Assembly: GCA_043228905.1 (NCBI GenBank)
Contig: JBHGNT010000005.1
Span: 17,608,001 to 17,672,000, forward strand
Origin: Azolla caroliniana
Lineage: Eukaryota > Plantae > Polypodiophyta
Direction of reading: 5' to 3'
DNA length: 64,000 bases
The notes under the pieces are model-generated. The model saw nothing but the letters and a program-made list of their open reading frames with translations. It searched no databases and had not been told where the DNA came from. Position 1 is the stretch's first letter, and each line of letters starts with the position of its first letter. Shown one piece after another: positions 62,241 to 64,000 of the stretch. Made by a program: the position numbers and the translations under genes.

Positions 62241-64000
62241 TGTTTTGCATGACAGTTAGCCAACAAACAGAGTTAGTGCATTACTAGAGCTTACATCTCT
62301 TAACATGACTTAAACCAAAATTTCCACTAATGCACGAGAGAGGACAATACTAAGTTATAAATTAAAAGAAATGAACGAGAGAGGATAGTACTAAGCTATT
62401 GATTAATACTAATGCATGAGAGAGGACAGTCCTAAGTGTTAACTGTTTCTGGAGAAAACACCTACGATGAGCCCATAGGCTATCGGTATCAAGGGGTCGT
62501 GTTACATGAAGGCTTCTTCTACACCGAGAAGACGTTAGGGGAACGGGGAGGCGTACACGGGTTACAACCCGGTAGACGTAGACGTAGCTAGGATTACGAA
62601 TACGGGGAGAACACACAGATGAAGGAAAAATAAGAGCGAGATTTATATTAAATGAGAAAGCTCATTGTGAATACAGTACATGGCTCTCGGCCGGAAACAG
62701 TCTCATGCAGAGCTAAGCGCTACTATATTAATCCTGCTAATAATCTAGGTATATCTCCCCCCTCCGATGTATGCAGGTCTCGGCTTATATAGTTTTCTTC
62801 TTTACACAAAACCAAGCCGTCGGCTGATTGTGAGGGGCTCAAAACTTGACTAATTTAGTTCTACCTATTTCCTCACGTACTTTTCTACCTATCGGCGAGT
62901 TTACATATTTTGTAATTACATTTCTGGCCTATGGACAACACCTGGCATGCCCGTGGGACAAGACTTTGTCCATCGGACCCACGATTCACAAAGTGGAGGG
63001 ATAACAACGGATTTTGCCAAAATTTTACAAAATTACCCTTTTTATACAAGGGGCTTAAGGGTTCGTTTTAATCCTCTTCTAATATGCCAAGGATATCCTC
63101 GGGGCGTGGGGTTGGTCAAGCTGCTCGGAAGGTGGGGTTGGTGATGGGGGTTTTGTTGCCGAGTTCGGGATGGTTGTGTCTGCGCGTGGGACGCCCTCTA
63201 TCGGTTCCGATTCAAGCAGGGTTGTGGTTGTAGTTTGTTGCTCGGTTGTGATGTGGGTGTCTATAGGGGCGGGTCCCTCCTGTCTGGCTTTCGTGGTGGT
63301 TGTTGTTGGCTCTGGTTCGTGGTCATCGGTCGTGGGAGCTTTGTTAGTCATGGTAGCTAAGCGTTCCTCCTCGTAGGCTTCGGCTTCTAAACGGAACATC
63401 ATTTGATCGTCGTTGAATTCCTCTAGAAGTTGCTCGATTGTTGCGGTGTGGGATTCTGCTAAGGTATGATATTCCTTGGTCAACTCTTCACGGAGAGTCT
63501 GGATGCTAATGTCATCCATCTTGTAGAACCCTCGGCGTTTTCTCGATCTTCTTGGTGAGTTGTTGGCAATATTTGTTGATCAGGATCTTTATTCTAGTAT
63601 CGTCCATGCCGATTTGAGCTTGGTGAGCTTCCACTTCCTCCCTTGTGGCCTTGGCGTCTTCTTGGCATTTGCGGACGAGGAGCTCTAGAGTAGCTTGGTT
63701 ATCCTTTGCTTTTGTGGTTACGAGCGCAATTGTTTGCTCGTAACGTTTGGTAAGTTGTGCTATAGTTTCGTCCACTTCCTTTCTCCAAGCGTCCCGTTGT
63801 CGTTCCCTGGCGGCGATGTCCTCTGTTTGCAACTCGTGATAAGCATCGGGAATTTGCACCCTTTGCTCTTTAAAGCTCCTCCACTTTTGCATGTGTTCGT
63901 TTGCCAATTCTTGTAATTCCCTTTGTTGACGGCATAATTCCTGTTTGTCTGCGAATAGCTCGTGTTCCCGTTGCCTATTCCTCTCTTCTTCTTTGATGAA
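62241..64000 (-). mobile_element. Non-chromovirus Gypsy D, 3' end (LTR ~62241-62940, inverted PBS 62943-62960, accessory ORF)
   Basis: LTR starts TGTTGTCC like Gypsy B; CC-TGGCATGCCCGTGGGACA next to it; ORFs 63079-63907 (LREELTKEYHTLAESH...LLEEF) homologous to 23226-23981. The left LTR boundary is approximate. Confidence 0.8.

Overview
Eukaryotic DNA from a non-seed land plant (fern, lycophyte or bryophyte; inferred from the TE lineages). It is about 80% nested transposable elements around two intact-looking host genes: a two-exon SANT/Myb gene (31946-34525) and an intronless germin-like gene (55641-56354). Nesting: (1) a Tcn1-like chromovirus (1-~25080) holds an endonuclease-less Penelope-like element with a hammerhead ribozyme, itself split by a complete 10.1-kb Sola2-type DNA transposon with cargo genes. 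The same chromovirus also holds a non-chromovirus Gypsy, itself split by a young tRNA-Trp-primed non-autonomous LTR element. (2) A Copia is interrupted by a second chromovirus copy, which is split by a full-length non-chromovirus Gypsy (40962-50897). (3) A second Sola2 is interrupted by a third such Gypsy. An RTEX-like LINE, Copia fragments and a hAT MITE are also present. Most striking signal: all three non-chromovirus Gypsy elements have no polypurine tract. In its place, exactly 2 nt before the 3' LTR, each has a conserved 18-nt copy of a tRNA 3' end (TGTCCCACRGGCRTGCCA), i.e. a second, inverted primer-binding site. This suggests tRNA priming of both DNA strands. Second signal: several unrelated LTRs carry built-in tRNA-derived A-box/B-box cassettes. 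All family assignments are by eye, without database searches.
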